The notes: generated from the letters alone by a model not told the origin. A stretch of DNA of 38,609 nucleotides from Octopus bimaculoides (GCF_001194135.2 NC_068988.1:94910371-94948979), one strand, 5' to 3'. Positions 11,632 through 24,235 are shown, numbered from the stretch's first letter. Made by a program: numbers and translations.

Positions 11632-12095
11632 TATTTATTTCTTTATTGCCTACAGGGGCTAAACGTAGAGGGGACAAACAAGGACAATCAGAGGGATAAA
11701 GTCGATTACAACGACCCCAGTGCGTAACTAGTACTTAAATGAGAATATATTATTTTCTACTCTAGGCACAAGGCCCGAAATTTTGGGGGAGGGAGCATTC
11801 GTTTACATCGACCCCAGTGCGTAACTGAGACTTAATTTATTGACCCCCGAAAGGATGAAAGGCAAAGTCGACCTCGGCGGAATTTGAACTCAGAACGTAA
11901 AAACAGACGAAATACCTCTAAGCATTCCGCCCGCCGTGCTACCGCTTCTGCCAGCTCGCCGCCCTGCTAAATAAGAATATATCAACGTTGGCAAGGCGGC
12001 TAAGCATTTCGCCAGGCGTGCTAACGTTTCTGCCAGTTCGCAGCCTTGTCGACCCCGAAAAGATGAAAGCCAAAGTCAACCCCGGAGGAATTTGC
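11632..12095 (-). mobile_element. Nested cluster of SINE family A: tail variant 11632-11737, full-length copy 11745-11963, head fragment about 12001-12044, body fragment 12048-12095
   Basis: Reverse complement of ggcggcgagctggcagaa...gttctgagttcaaattccgccgaggtcgactttgcctttcatcctttcgggg. Two different 3' tail types are present. Confidence 0.85.
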
Positions 12096-12880
12096 CGCCT
12101 TGTCATTAAGAATATTATCCCCAAACTGACATCGAACTGGAAACCTTTATTTCCAAACTATGTATATTCACGTTCTAATCTAGTAAACGTCAACTCACCA
12201 CCGACATTTACAAATTAAATTAGAAAGTTTGGATAGTTCAGATGTCACACTTACATGAAGACCTTGGAAAAGAAACACAAAACGATACCGTATTCTTGAA
12301 ATTCCAGGTGATTGATTATCTACAGTGTCAAGTGAAGTATAGACATCACTTTCAACGTCGGAAATCTGTTTTGTTTTTGTTCGTTTGTTTTTTGTTGTTT
12401 TTTTTTTTTAGCTTTGTTACTGAGAATTATATCAATAATGTTTAATTCAATGAATCGATACTCGTATATTTACAGCAGTAAGACTTAGAAAAAATATAAT
12501 CTAATTCTCCTGTTGGTGTCTTGTAAGCTCTTACACCGATGATATCACTTTAAGGTATGATCATGTTTGGAAGTATCAATAATTTTTCTTACAGTATTTA
12601 CAAACAAAAATCACAAGAGCTTCTCTTATCACAGAATATATACGAAATTATATTTTGGCATTCGACAGATTATAAAGATGGTTCGATTAGACACAGTGAA
12701 AAAGTGACGTGTCATCAAATAAAACATGTCTTCGACTATATGATGCAAAGATATTTTTTTATTTAATTTTCTCTTTTTTTATTTTATTTAATCTTCTCTT
12801 TCTTTCTGGCAATTAATGTACTCTCACACACACATATATACGTAAAGAAGCATCTGTAATCTATGCATACATAGTATATA

Positions 12881-12946
<66 letters not shown>

Positions 12947-13083
12947 CGTGTGTGCGTGTATGTGTGTGTGTGTGTGTGTGCGATGGAGGGAATATGCGTG
13001 CAAATATTGTATGCATCCATATAAATGCAAGTATACATCTACGCATAAGAAAATAAGATGACAAAAGAATAAAAGATTGTCAT

Positions 13084-13165
13084 TAGCTTACTGCTGTTTC
13101 AGCTATAAGATGCAGTAGACTCATAGTTGAATGCTTGAGTATCACCTTATAGCTTCATCGGAGCC
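13084..13165 (-). ncRNA. Minimal type-I hammerhead ribozyme motif with long stem II (HHR-2; U4>C in this copy)
   Basis: Minus strand reads GGCU-CCGAUGA-AGCUAUAAGGUG...ACUCA(loop)UGAGU...CAUCUUAUAGCU-GAAAC-AGCA-GUA^AGCU. Stem II is 12 bp, stem III is AC/GU with a tetraloop and stem I is 4 bp. Confidence 0.65.
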
Positions 13166-13710
13166 TCAAATATGATGTGCAGTTTATTTGGGAAAAGAAT
13201 TATATTTGTGCATACATACAGGAAAAACCATTATCACTGAGAAAGCCAACACAACACGTACATCGGGGATGAAAGCCAAGGGCTTCTCCCCTAAATAGAA
13301 TAAGAAGGAGGATATAGGGGACGTAGGAAGAGGGAGCTGGGGTAAAGAAGAAATGAAAGGTGAGAGGGGGAGGAGGATTTCTATGACATACGGAAGAGTA
13401 GTATCATAATATTTTAATTATATTTTAGGTGAATTTGGACATACTTAATGATTGATGAATGCTCTTTAATAATTTTCTATTTATTTCAGACAGAAAACAT
13501 TCTTAAAGCATAAACTTTTTTTTTTACAAAAATTTTCGTTGCATCTTGCAATCGTTTCAATATTCGTTGACTGTCCGTTATCGGAACTGCATTTTTCTTT
13601 TGTTTTCTTTTTTTCTTTGTGCGCATGCGTGTGAGTCAGTGTACGTGCGCCTACACACATATATTTATATGTATGTGTGTGTATACATATATATATGTGT
13701 GTGTGTGTGA

Positions 13711-13748
<38 letters not shown>

Positions 13749-14928
13749 ACGTTTCTGTTTGTGCTAATATTTGTATGTTTGTATGTGTGTGTGTCTGAAT
13801 GTATTTGTGTGTGTATATGTGTCTGCACCACTCTCTCCTTGTCTGTGCATGTTTGTGTGTGTCTGTGTATGGGTTTATACGACTATATAAACTGTGGGCA
13901 TTCACATAAATAATCTTGCAAACCAAATACAAACACGAAATTTATATACATATATGTGTGTGTGGGTATGTATTTGTATGTATGTATGTATGTATGAATT
14001 TATGTATGCATGTATATATATATATGTATATANNNNNNNNNNNNNNNNNNNNNNNNNNNNNNNNNNNNNNNNNNNNNNNNNNNNNNNNNNNNNNNNNNNN
14101 NNNNNNNNNNNNNNNNNNNNNNNNNNNNNNNNNNNAAGACACCCGTTATTAATGTCCTGTTATTTGCATTTGTATTTGTGTACCATTTCTCCGTTTTGTT
14201 TTCCGTTCTTATTTTTGTATACATTCGCTGCTTTCTTCCAAGGAATCTAACGCTCTTAGCTCAGTTTTTCCTTGGGGTTGGCCAGATTGGAGCAATCTCG
14301 AGAATAACCAGCTGAAATTGCAAAGATAATCAGGAAGTCGTCTGAGGAAAGAAAACTCCGAATGACCCGTCCTTGGTTTTTCTTGTCCCTTTTTTGTTTC
14401 ATCTAACTGTCTGGATGTTTTGCGTTCTTGCCCCATTTTTCGTATTACTTTAACATATATATATATATATACATGTGGGTGTGTATGTGTGCATGGTAGA
14501 GCCTTTGTACAGTAATCTCGTACTGTCTTCAATCTCTGTCTCTGAAAACCTATGAATTTCCTATTGGCTCTAAGAAGGAAATTCTCAAACGTTTAAGTAA
14601 CTCACGATCGACCTAGAAATCATCACAAGTAAGAAACGTCTTAAGATTTATAGTCTCTGTAATTTCCTCTTTCTTTCTCTCCCTCAATCTCTCCCTCTCT
14701 CCCTTTCTTCTCCTCTCTCCCTCCCTTCTCCTCTCTCTCTTTCTCTTTCTTTCTTTCTTTTTGAAATATATGACATTAGAGACATTTATTTAACGTCATA
14801 TATATATATATACACACACACAAACACACACGTACATACATACACATATAGACAGACAGACAGACAGGTAGATAGATAGAGGGATATGCATGTTTATATA
14901 TATAGTACATATACACACAGGGAGCTAG

Positions 14929-14929
<1 letters not shown>

Positions 14930-14975
<46 letters not shown>

Positions 14976-14998
14976 ACGAAAGAACGAAAGAAAGAAAG
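14930..14998. repeat. (AAAG)n microsatellite
   Basis: Directly visible. Confidence 0.95.
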
Positions 14999-15799
14999 TG
15001 AACTACGGGATGCAGAGCGTGTAGTGTATCATTAAATTTATCCCATGGTTTCACGCCGTCATCCAAGCGCATCTCTATAATCCGCCAGCACCACGGTCAC
15101 CGGCGTAAAACGGTTTTATCTTTCAGAGTTGAAATGATTTAACTATGTCAATACAAGTTGCATTCATCTCACTCTGAATCTTTTGTGTGTGAGGCGGGAT
15201 TGGATTGTATTGTATTGGTGTANNNNNNNNNNNNNNNNNNNNNNNNNNNNNNNNNNNNNNNNNNNNNNNNNNNNNNNNNNNNNNNNNNNNNNNNNNNNNN
15301 NNNNNNNNNNNNNNNNNNNNNNNNNNNNNNNNNNNNNNNNNNNNNNNNNNNNNNNNNNNNNNNNNNNNNNNNNNNNNNNNNNNNNNNNNNNNNNNNNNNN
15401 NNNNNNNNNNNNNNNNNNNNNNNNNNNNNNNNNNNNNNNNNNNNNNNNNNNNNNNNNNNNNNNNNNNNNNNNNNNNNNNNNNNNNNNNNNNNNNNNNNNN
15501 NNNNNNNNNNNNNNNNNNNNNNNNNNNNNNNNNNNNNNNNNNNNNNNNNNNNNNNNNNNNNNNNNNNNNNNNNNNNNNNNNNNNNNNNNNNNNNNNNNNN
15601 NNNNNNNNNNNNNNNNNNNNNNNNNNNNNNNNNNNNNNNNNNNNNNNNNNNNNNNNNNNNNNNNNNNNNNNNNNNNNNNNNNNNNNNNNNNNNNNNNNNN
15701 NNNNNNNNNNNNNNNNNNNNNNNNNNNNNNNGAGAGGGGAAGGAGGGGAGAGGGGAAGGAGGGGAGAGGGGAGGCAAAGAGGTAAAGAGAGAACATCTA

Positions 15800-15872
15800 A
15801 CCCGAGTATTTGACTGGTATTTTATTAATTCTCCCCGAAATGACGAAGGGCAAAGTAGATCTGACGATGTAT
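15800..15872 (-). mobile_element. SINE family A, degenerate fragment
   Basis: actggtattttattaatt..ccccgaaatgacgaagggcaaagtagatctg resembles the reverse body of family A. Confidence 0.45.
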
Positions 15873-16033
15873 TTGAGAAAAAGCGAATGGAATATCCTGC
15901 TTTGAAGACTTCAGCCTGTAAGTGGGCCTCACTTAATGCCTGTAGAAACCTAGCAATAACTGAGAAACAACGCGTGTGGATGATCTATTTTCTCACAGGC
16001 TGGATTTAAAAACACCTAAATTCATACAAGCCT
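15870..16033 (+). CDS. Candidate mini-exon pair (15870-15917, 15999-16033) around an 81-nt intron, product unknown
   Basis: GCCT|gtaagt ... ttttctcacag|G, then GCCT|gtgaga. The joined frame reads KANGISCFEDFSLLDLKTPKFIQA. The first acceptor is weak and overlaps a SINE remnant. Confidence 0.2.
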
Positions 16034-16286
16034 GTGAGACATGGAGCTGGTTGGGAGATGGCTCCATCGCCAATCGCACCGGAGTACATTTGTATCGAAT
16101 AGAGAAATTAGAGTCGATTCTGTGAATGTTTCTGCCATTTGCGTGCACACTATCATGCAATGTTCAATGAAGAGACGGCACTCTTCTGACAAGATGTAAC
16201 AATAAGCATCTATCTATAAATATATCCGTACATGTTTATAGAAATATCATTACATGAGCATATGTTACACTATACAAATATATACT

Positions 16287-16287
<1 letters not shown>

Positions 16288-16366
<79 letters not shown>

Positions 16367-16414
16367 CAACTAAATAGAGAGAGAGAGAAAGAGACAGACA
16401 GACAGCTAGCTAGC

Positions 16415-16473
<59 letters not shown>

Positions 16474-16474
16474 T
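16288..16474. repeat. (GATA)n microsatellites (two tracts)
   Basis: Directly visible. Confidence 0.97.
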
Positions 16475-17044
16475 AGATGGATACACGTACACACACTCAT
16501 AAAGAGTGAGAGAGAAAGAGAGAGGAGAGAGATACCTATAAACTTATATTCATACATGCTTACATACAAACATACACAGATACGTACATATGCTACACAA
16601 ACAACTAACTCACACACACACACACACACACACACACATTCACAAAGGAAATCCATAAAAAAAAGAACATCTCTTCTGGTTCCCTTGACTGGAGAAGTCA
16701 GTCAGCCTAGTAAACTTAGTCTAGCATAGTATAAACTAGTTTGTTTCAATATTACAACATAATATCTGAAAGCTGGGACAAGCTCCACGCTTGCTGACTT
16801 TATACAAAAGCAAGTTAACGGTGAAACCTCAATACATTTGACCAGCTAATTCACTCGAAATGCATTTATGTGTATAAAATCTGACATAGATACGGACATT
16901 TCCCATCAAATAGTTTTGATTATTTTTTGTAAACTCACGCATGGCTGAACATAACTTGTTCGTTGACAATTCCTGTATCATCTCACTAAGCAAAATAATG
17001 TTCTCACCTTCAAATCATCATTATCATCATTGTAATTACCAATT

Positions 17045-17104
17045 ATTATTATATTATTATTCATGTTGTTATTAATATGATTATTATTATTATTATTATT
17101 ATTA

Positions 17105-17165
<61 letters not shown>

Positions 17166-17167
17166 TG

Positions 17168-17240
<73 letters not shown>
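17045..17240. repeat. (ATT)n microsatellite. Another at 17515-17600
   Basis: Directly visible; explains the poly-N/I/L ORFs in the track. Confidence 0.97.
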
Positions 17241-17514
17241 CCATGTGGGGACTAATGGGGTACCTCGGGCCATCGTGACAGTCTTTTCTTCAGAGGAAAT
17301 GGAGCGTTGGACGGTGGTTACTCCTGAGTTTAGAGATACACTCGCTCCCTGGATGGGACAACGGTCCATCGAAAGGTCAACACCAACGGCTGCTGATAAA
17401 TACTGTAGACGAAAGCAAACGTGAAATAAAGTGCCATACCGGTGGACACAGTGTGCCACCTGGACACGATTCGAAACTGCCATCGTGAGTATAAGACCCT
17501 ACCCAGAAGGCTAT
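17241..17514 (-). mobile_element. tRNA-derived SINE of CORE/V-SINE type, flanked on both sides by (ATT)n
   Basis: Minus strand has a tRNA-like head with B box (gtttcgaatc). The central blocks cactttatttcacgtt and ccctggatggga...gtccatcg are typical of CORE/V-type SINE central domains. Confidence 0.6.
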
Positions 17515-17517
17515 TGA

Positions 17518-17601
<84 letters not shown>

Positions 17602-17948
17602 GGCAGCGAGCTGGCAGAGTCGTTAGAGCACCAGGCAGAATGCTTAGCGGTATCTCGTCCATGTTTACGTTCTGAGTTCAAATTCTGCCGTGGTCGACTT
17701 TGCCTTTCATCCTTTCGGGATCGATAAAAAAAGTACCAGCTGAGCCCTAGGGTCGATGTAATGGCCTTACCCCCTCTCCCGAACTTGCTTACCTTTTGTC
17801 AAAATTTGAATTCATTATTCCGCCGAGGTCGTCTTTGCCTTTCATCCTTTTGAAGTCGATAAAATAACTACAAGTTGAGTACTAGGGGCCACGTAACCGA
17901 CTTAACCACTCCCCAGAGATTACTGGCCTTGTGCAAACATTTGAAACC
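17602..17948 (+). mobile_element. SINE family A full-length copy (17602-17814) followed directly by a 5'-truncated copy (17816-17948)
   Basis: ggcagcgagctggcagagtcgttag...gttctgagttcaaattc(t)gccg...gtcgactttgcctttcatcctttcggg; the second copy starts at attccgccgaggtcg. Confidence 0.88.
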
Positions 17949-18477
17949 AACATCATCATCATCATCATCATCATAACCATTATCCTCATCGTTACACGAG
18001 ACTGCTCAAGCGAATGTGAGTCTTTGTCAGAACTTCCGCGAAAACGGAATTTTTAACCGAATTATCTGATGCCACAAAAGTACATTTTTTTTGTTGTTTT
18101 TTTTATTCCAGTTTTACGAAACTTTGAAGAACCAACCCATTACTTGCAATAGAGAAAACGCTCGTCCCTACTCATTTGGCCGGTTTCTGCCAATTGCCAA
18201 TAACACATCAGTAATGTGGGTTTAGTCACGCTGATATGTATAAAGACATCTCCATAAAGCGTTCAAGTTCATCGTGTATCTATCACAACATTATCTTATA
18301 AATGCTCCTGGTTTTAGTAGGTTACAATTCGTAGGAAATTTGGTTGCTATGTGTCCTGAAGGTCAACTACCTCATATAAACTCTCTTTACTTATATCGAA
18401 GTAACATGACTCCAACCAAACTGCAAATTGTTAATTTAACCAAACTTGTCTTTCATTAATTCAGTGTTGAGTAAGAC

Positions 18478-18632
18478 GATGCGCTGGCAGAATCGTTAGC
18501 ACGCCGAGCACAATGTTTAATCACTTTTCGTTCGCCGTTACGTTCTCATTTCAAATACCACCAAGGTGGACTTTGCGTTTTATCCTTCGGAATCAATAAA
18601 ATAAGTACTGGTCTTGTGCCAAAATTTGAAAG
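18478..18632 (+). mobile_element. SINE family A, internally deleted copy
   Basis: gcgctggcagaatcgttagcacgccg...ttttatccttcggaatcaataaaataagtactggtcttgtgccaaaatttgaaa. Confidence 0.75.
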
Positions 18633-19257
18633 TAATTTAAACTGCTGGGTTCCAATTCTGCTTTTTTCCTCGTTAACCACAAACAACTTGCGAAAGATCC
18701 TAGTATTAACCGAATATCACCGCCACACGACTAACAATATGTAGTGTAACAGAGTTAAAAGTCAGGAATTACATTGAAATGCTTGTTCAAATATCTCAGC
18801 TGACGCGGGTATTGTTTTGTTAATGAATCAGAAAAACCCAGTTGTTGAGTTGTTCATTTTTTAACAGGGATCAGCCATCAAATGTTGATAAGCAGCCGTG
18901 TTTCTTTTGTTACTGTGATTGTTGTTGATAATATTGTTATCCTTTAGGTTTTTGTTTTGTTTTTGCTTCGTTTCTCTAAATTCATTGGCTGCAAGCTTTT
19001 GAGAAGGGAAAACGAAGGATGTTATTAAATAAACAGTCCGAGAAACTTTACAATTTTAGAAGCAAATTAGAAGCATTCGCTTTTTAGATATTTTGAATAT
19101 TTTAGCAACAATAGATGATTTTGAACATTTAATCTATTATTTCCTGTTCCAATTAGAAAGACAGTGGTAGGGAGTGACTAATTGAATTGATCTTTTACAA
19201 CTTCGTTCAGCTTAACAGCAAATCGTTTCATCCGGATATTGATCTCTTCATATAGGC

Positions 19258-19348
19258 AGGTACAGCAGCTTCGACTGTTCTAACATATTCCGTACCATTC
19301 TCACATATCATAGGAAAAAGCTTAAATTCAATGATTTGAGACTTCATT
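19258..19348 (+). repeat. About 90-bp segment duplicated in inverted orientation at 20231-20318
   Basis: Manual alignment shows 3 substitutions and one 3-nt indel. Confidence 0.92.
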
Positions 19349-19844
19349 CTCAGAAAAACCAAAAACAAAAAAAGAGAGATGCCGTTAACGTCTCAATAAT
19401 GGCATTTCTCATTTTGTTGTAGAAAATCTCTCTAAATGATTGCAGTATGTCATTAAATAAAGCTTTACATGACTTTCCAAAAGAATCAAAATTTTGTGTT
19501 TCATTTTCATTAAAATTTTTATATATAAAACTATTTAATTTTTATGGCTTCATCAAAGAAGGAAGGGCTGCACCCATGGACGTTGTTCAGGGCCACTGAA
19601 AGTGGATAGGAAATGAAAGGATGACAGCATCACTCGAGGATTATTTGCAACCTTCGAACGTCTCCCTCCATTTTGGGGAAAATATTCCGCGTTTGGAAAT
19701 GTTTGTTTCTATTTTTTTTTTGTCTGTTTCGTTTTGTTAATTTATTGTTTACACGCCTTCATGTAACCCTACCTTGTATTGTTTCATTTTCTACCATCCT
19801 TAATCTGTAAACCTTTAGTGGTTCTTTTAGAAATCATCATCAAC

Positions 19845-19983
19845 ATCAGTAGCAGCAGCAGCAACAGCAGAAGACGCAGCAGCAGAAGTAGTAGTAGTAG
19901 TAGTAGTAGTAGTCGTGGTGGTGGTGGTGGTGGTGGTGGTGGTGGTGGTGGTGGTGGTGGTGGTGGTGGTGGTGGTGGTAGTG
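19845..19983. repeat. Compound trinucleotide microsatellite (AGC)(AGT)(GGT)n
   Basis: Directly visible. Confidence 0.97.
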
Positions 19984-19985
19984 CG

Positions 19986-20157
19986 TGCGCTGGCAGAACT
20001 GTTAGGACGTCAAGACAAACTGCTTAGCAACATTTCTCGCGTGAACGTTCTGAGTTCAAATTCCGCCGAAGTCGACTTTGCTTTTCATCCTTTCGGGATA
20101 GATAAGGCAAACACCAGTAGAGTATTGAAGTCAATGTAATCGAGCTCCCCCTACCTG
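19986..20157 (+). mobile_element. SINE family A
   Basis: gcgctggcagaactgttag...gttctgagttcaaattccgccgaagtcgactttgcttttcatcctttcggga. Confidence 0.85.
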
Positions 20158-20160
20158 TAA

Positions 20161-20227
20161 CTCTAGACATCCACAAGTTTTCAGCAGTGCTTAGAACCCT
20201 ACTGATAATCTTTGCTGTCCCTAAGAG
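20161..20227 (-). mobile_element. Extreme C-terminal fragment of an RLE-type (R4/Dong-like) non-LTR retrotransposon
   Basis: Minus frame LLGTAKIISRVLSTAENLWMSR, paralogous to LGTARILRK in the adjacent fragment. Confidence 0.6.
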
Positions 20228-20316
20228 ACAAATGAAGTCTCAAATCATTGAATTTAAGCTGTTTCCTATATGTGAGAACGGTACGGAATATGATAGAACA
20301 GTCGAAGCTGCTGTAC

Positions 20317-20809
20317 CTTCCGGAGTATTCGAGCGGTTCCAAGCATTGCTGTTTTCTGCAAGTGCTCCACCCTTATTGCAGCCCCTATTTGTTCCACGTA
20401 CTTCTGAAGATTTTTGCTCACTGCTCCGACAATTATTGGTACTACTACCACCTTTTTCATCGACCACAACTGCTTAACCTCCCAAGCTAACCTGTCATAT
20501 CTATCGACTTTTCTTTCTTCCTTATGGCATACCTTGTTGTCAGCTGGGTATGCTATGTCTATGATCCAGCATAGTTTGTCTTCTTTCTCAATTAAGATTT
20601 ATGTCTGGCTTCCTATTCTCTATCTCATGGTCGCACTGATTGATAAAATCCCACAGGATCTTTGCATTATCATTTTCGATGATGCCTTCGGTCGTACCAT
20701 TTTAATGCTCTGTCAAGTCCATACTTGTTTCAAAGTGTCCAATGGACAAGCCTTGCTATATTATCGTGGGCATCTCTTATATTCCTTCTGCACTAGTGTC
20801 GTACATGGC

Positions 20810-20810
<1 letters not shown>
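20317..20810 (-). mobile_element. 5'-truncated R4/Dong-like non-LTR retrotransposon fragment (restriction-like endonuclease domain), with stops and frameshifts
   Basis: Minus frames read CTTLVQKEYKR / HDNIARLVHW / KILWDF...RKPDI / WIIDIAYPADNKVCHKEERKVDRYDRL...VVVVPIIVGA...LQKTAMLGTARILRK, i.e. the PD-(D/E)xK RLE signature. The 5' end abuts (AAT)n. Confidence 0.88.
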
Positions 20811-20870
<60 letters not shown>

Positions 20871-20877
20871 TATTATT

Positions 20878-20972
<95 letters not shown>

Positions 20973-20990
20973 TATTATTATCATTATTGT
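20811..20990. repeat. Compound (ATT)n/(CAT)n microsatellite
   Basis: Directly visible. Confidence 0.97.
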
Positions 20991-22228
20991 TATCCGTTTG
21001 TAAAATAAACACTTCTCGAGCTAGTACAGCGATAAATATAAAATTATCGCCTAGGCGTAAGTGTCAAATAATAGCAGATCTTGAATTACTACTGCTACTG
21101 TGTAAGGTGACCGACGAACAAAATCATCCTCTACGACAGTGGATTTACAGCTTATGTTTACATTTCTTCTCTATCTTCAAAGAAACTCGCCAACAGAAGT
21201 ACACTTGAAGGGCAAGATGTGACTGATCTGGCCATAGAAGACGACTACTTGAACAAGATTTCTTCTTTTTTTTCTTTTTTTTTGTGCCTTTTTTTTTTCC
21301 TGAAACCGGTTTTTCTCCACGCTGATGGTGCCGCTAAATCAATCGGATCGCTACAAGATCAACGGAGATATGCACACTTCTTACTTCCTTTATTGCTTCC
21401 GTTCTAATACCGGATACTCACTCATTATGGGGCACAAAATATCTTTTATTATCTGTTCCAAACCAAACATTGGCTTGTTGGTTTTCCAGCTTTCAATCTT
21501 TTATTCTCCTCCACCTCACCGATCCTATACTTCTTTTTAACAACTTACACATCAGTTTAAACAGCTTAATTGTTCTGTAATTATTAAACAGTATTCTTTA
21601 AGACGTACTTCACTTCTCTTTGCTGGTGTTTTCCTTTTTCTGTTTGGTTTACATATCTACAGGTGTTCCCCTGTTTGATGCGTTTATTTAGTTAACTTGC
21701 TTTAGAATCGCTTTACCACGTTTGTACTCACTCAAGCTCATACAAGTTAATCTTTTAGGTTCGTAGAGGAAATTAAAAAACAAAAAGAAGCACAAAGCAA
21801 GACAAGTAATGTGAACGAAAGAGACCAACAACAAAACTCAAGTAATATTCTTTAGTTCGTGAGACAAAATTGTTTTTGACTTAGAGATCGAAAAAAAAAA
21901 TTTTAACAATATGCTGTAAAATAATTTACCTGTGTTGAATTTACTTATCTTTTTCCAATAAAGATGAAAAATAGAATTTTCGGATATGTTTGTTCATTAA
22001 GGTCAGTACAGAAACTATAATAAATTACAAAAAAAAAGGCAAAGATTATCCGAGACGGGGAGAAAGAGAGGGGACAGGAGGCAGTGGGAGGGGTAAAATG
22101 TTACTGACTGGTGAGACGGAAATGGATACAGAAATGTATATCATTAGATGCATCGGATTGAATTTACATAAATATCTATGCAAATGTCTGAAGCATTTTA
22201 CACACACACACACATATATATATGTATA

Positions 22229-22264
<36 letters not shown>

Positions 22265-23130
22265 NNNNNNNNNNNNNNNNNNNNNNNNNNNNNNNNNNNN
22301 NNNNNNNNNNNNNNNNNNNNNNNNNNNNNNNNNNNNNNNNNNNNNNNNNNNNNNNNNNNNNNNNNNNNNNNNNNNNNNNNNNNNNNNNNNNNNNNNNNNN
22401 NNNNNNNNNNNNNNNNNNNNNNNNNNNNNNNNNNNNNNNNNNNNNNNNNNNNNNNNNNNNNNNNNNNNNNNNNNNNNNNNNNNNNNNNNNNNNNNNNNNN
22501 NNNNNNNNNNNNNNNNNNNNNNNNNNNNNNNNNNNNNNNNNNNNNNNNNNNNNNNNNNNNNNNNNNNNNNNNNNNNNNNNNNNNNNNNNNNNNNNNNNNN
22601 NNNNNNNNNNNNNNNNNNNNNNNNNNNNNNNNNNNNNNNNNNNNNNNNNNNNNNNNNNNNNNNNNNNNNNNNNNNNNNNNNNNNNNNNNNNNNNNNNNNN
22701 NNNNNNNNNNNNNNNNNNNNNNNNNNNNNNNNNNNNNNNNNNNNNNNNNNNNNNNNNNNNNNNNNNNNNNNNNNNNNNNNNNNNNNNNNNNNNNNNNNNN
22801 NNNNNNNNNNNNNNNNNNNNNNNNNNNNNNNNNNNNNNNNNNNNNNNNNNNNNNNNNNNNNNNNNNNNNNNNNNNNNNNNNNNNNNNNNNNNNNNNNNNN
22901 NNNNNNNNNNNNNNNNNNNNNNNNNNNNNNNNNNNNNNNNNNNNNNNNNNNNNAAAAACAAAACAAACAAGATAAAGAACGGCCCTTCATCAATTGTTGG
23001 CTGTTTTTCTAGTCTTGTATTTCGAGCATATATATATATGCACGTAATTTTTTTTCTTTTGTTACACTGCTCGATAGGATTAAAGCGGAAGTCGTCAAAA
23101 ATTGGATTTCGGCATACCCTTGCATGTATG

Positions 23131-23168
<38 letters not shown>

Positions 23169-23170
23169 TA

Positions 23171-23312
23171 CGACGGGCTTCTTTCAGTTTCCATCTACCA
23201 AATCCACAAGGCTTTGGTCAGCCCGAGGCTATAGAAGAAGACACTTGCCCAAGGTGTTACGCAGTGGGACTGAACCCGGAACCATGTGATTGGTATGCAC
23301 AGCCACTCCTGT
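23171..23312 (-). mobile_element. tRNA-derived SINE family B, near full length, with (TA)n tail
   Basis: cgacgggcttctttcagtttcc..ctaccaaatccac...gaggctatag..gaagacacttgcccaaggtg...gtgggactgaacccggaaccatgtg...cacagccactcctg. Confidence 0.85.
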
Positions 23313-23515
23313 ATATACATACATACATACACAATTCACAATAATGACTTTTATAACTACCCCTGTTCATCTAATTGTATATATCAATCGTTACTTTTTA
23401 TAAAAAGACTTTACTTTTTTTAATTTCCAATGTGCATTTTCGCTTATTTTTCTTCTTACTTTCCCCTTACATTTCCACGTGTAGTTTCTATTTTGTTTTT
23501 GTAACATATTTCTAT

Positions 23516-23568
<53 letters not shown>

Positions 23569-23569
23569 T

Positions 23570-23676
23570 CGAGTCTATAGTAGAAGAAACTTGCCTGAGG
23601 TGCTACTCAGTGGGACTGAACCCGGAACCATGTGGTTGGTAAGCAAGCTATTTACCACACAGCCACTCCTACGCCT
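23570..23676 (-). mobile_element. tRNA-derived SINE family B, head portion
   Basis: Aligns with 23226-23312 and 9445-9544. Confidence 0.82.
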
Positions 23677-24189
23677 ATGTGTACAATTGCAATGAAACGT
23701 GGAATTTCGTTTAGATAGGAATTGTACAATAGCTACTGACAAAAAAGACTAATAGACTGTTAAAAGCCCGGAGCTTTATTAGAAAACAATTGGGAAATTA
23801 TAGCATGAAATCCATATGTTAATATTTGCATATGAATTTTATACAACTGCCTTCTCTCACCTCTCCCCTTTCACTCTCTCTCCCTCCCTCTTTCTCTTTT
23901 TGTCTCTTTCTCTCTCCGTCTGCCTCTCTCACTTCGTGGTTGGCACAACAAACAAATCTAATTGTATGTGCATACGAATTAGTATAAACATGCCAGTGCG
24001 GGTGGCCGTATCTCTGTTACGAAGCTGTAACTGTTGAAATTCTTATTATCAACTGTTATGATAGTTACAAGATTTCATTATATTCTTTTTGTCAAAACTA
24101 TTTTTTCGTGGTTCAAGGGATATGTTTATTACACACCAAAATACATTATTTACATTTGACGGATATTTGTCCTCATCTTGTTTGTTGTT

Positions 24190-24235
24190 AACACAACGTT
24201 TCGGCTGAAATACCCTCCAGCCTCCATCAGGTGTC
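24190..24235 (-). ncRNA. Minimal type-I hammerhead ribozyme motif with loopless palindromic stem III (HHR-3; core variant CUGAUGGA)
   Basis: Minus strand reads GACAC-CUGAUGGA-GGCUG-GAGGGUAUUU-CAGCC-GAAAC-GUU^GUGUU. Stems I and II are 5 bp each; the ACGU palindrome implies a dimer-type stem III. Confidence 0.65.

Noticed and set aside
14342-14368. CUGAGGA...GAAUGAC hammerhead-like motif
   Set aside because: GAAU instead of GAAA, and stems II and I do not form.
14566-14598. CUAAGAAGGAAAUUCUCAAACGUU, a possible very decayed hammerhead
   Set aside because: Both G5 and G12 are missing and there is no stem I.
20414-21208. 264-aa plus-strand ORF, the longest gap-free ORF in the track
   Set aside because: It is the antisense of the LINE fragment joined to (ATT)/(CAT) microsatellites.
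21182-21407. KLANRSTLEGQDVTDLAIEDDYLNK after a pyrimidine-rich acceptor
   Set aside because: No donor; runs into poly-T low complexity; no recognisable homology.
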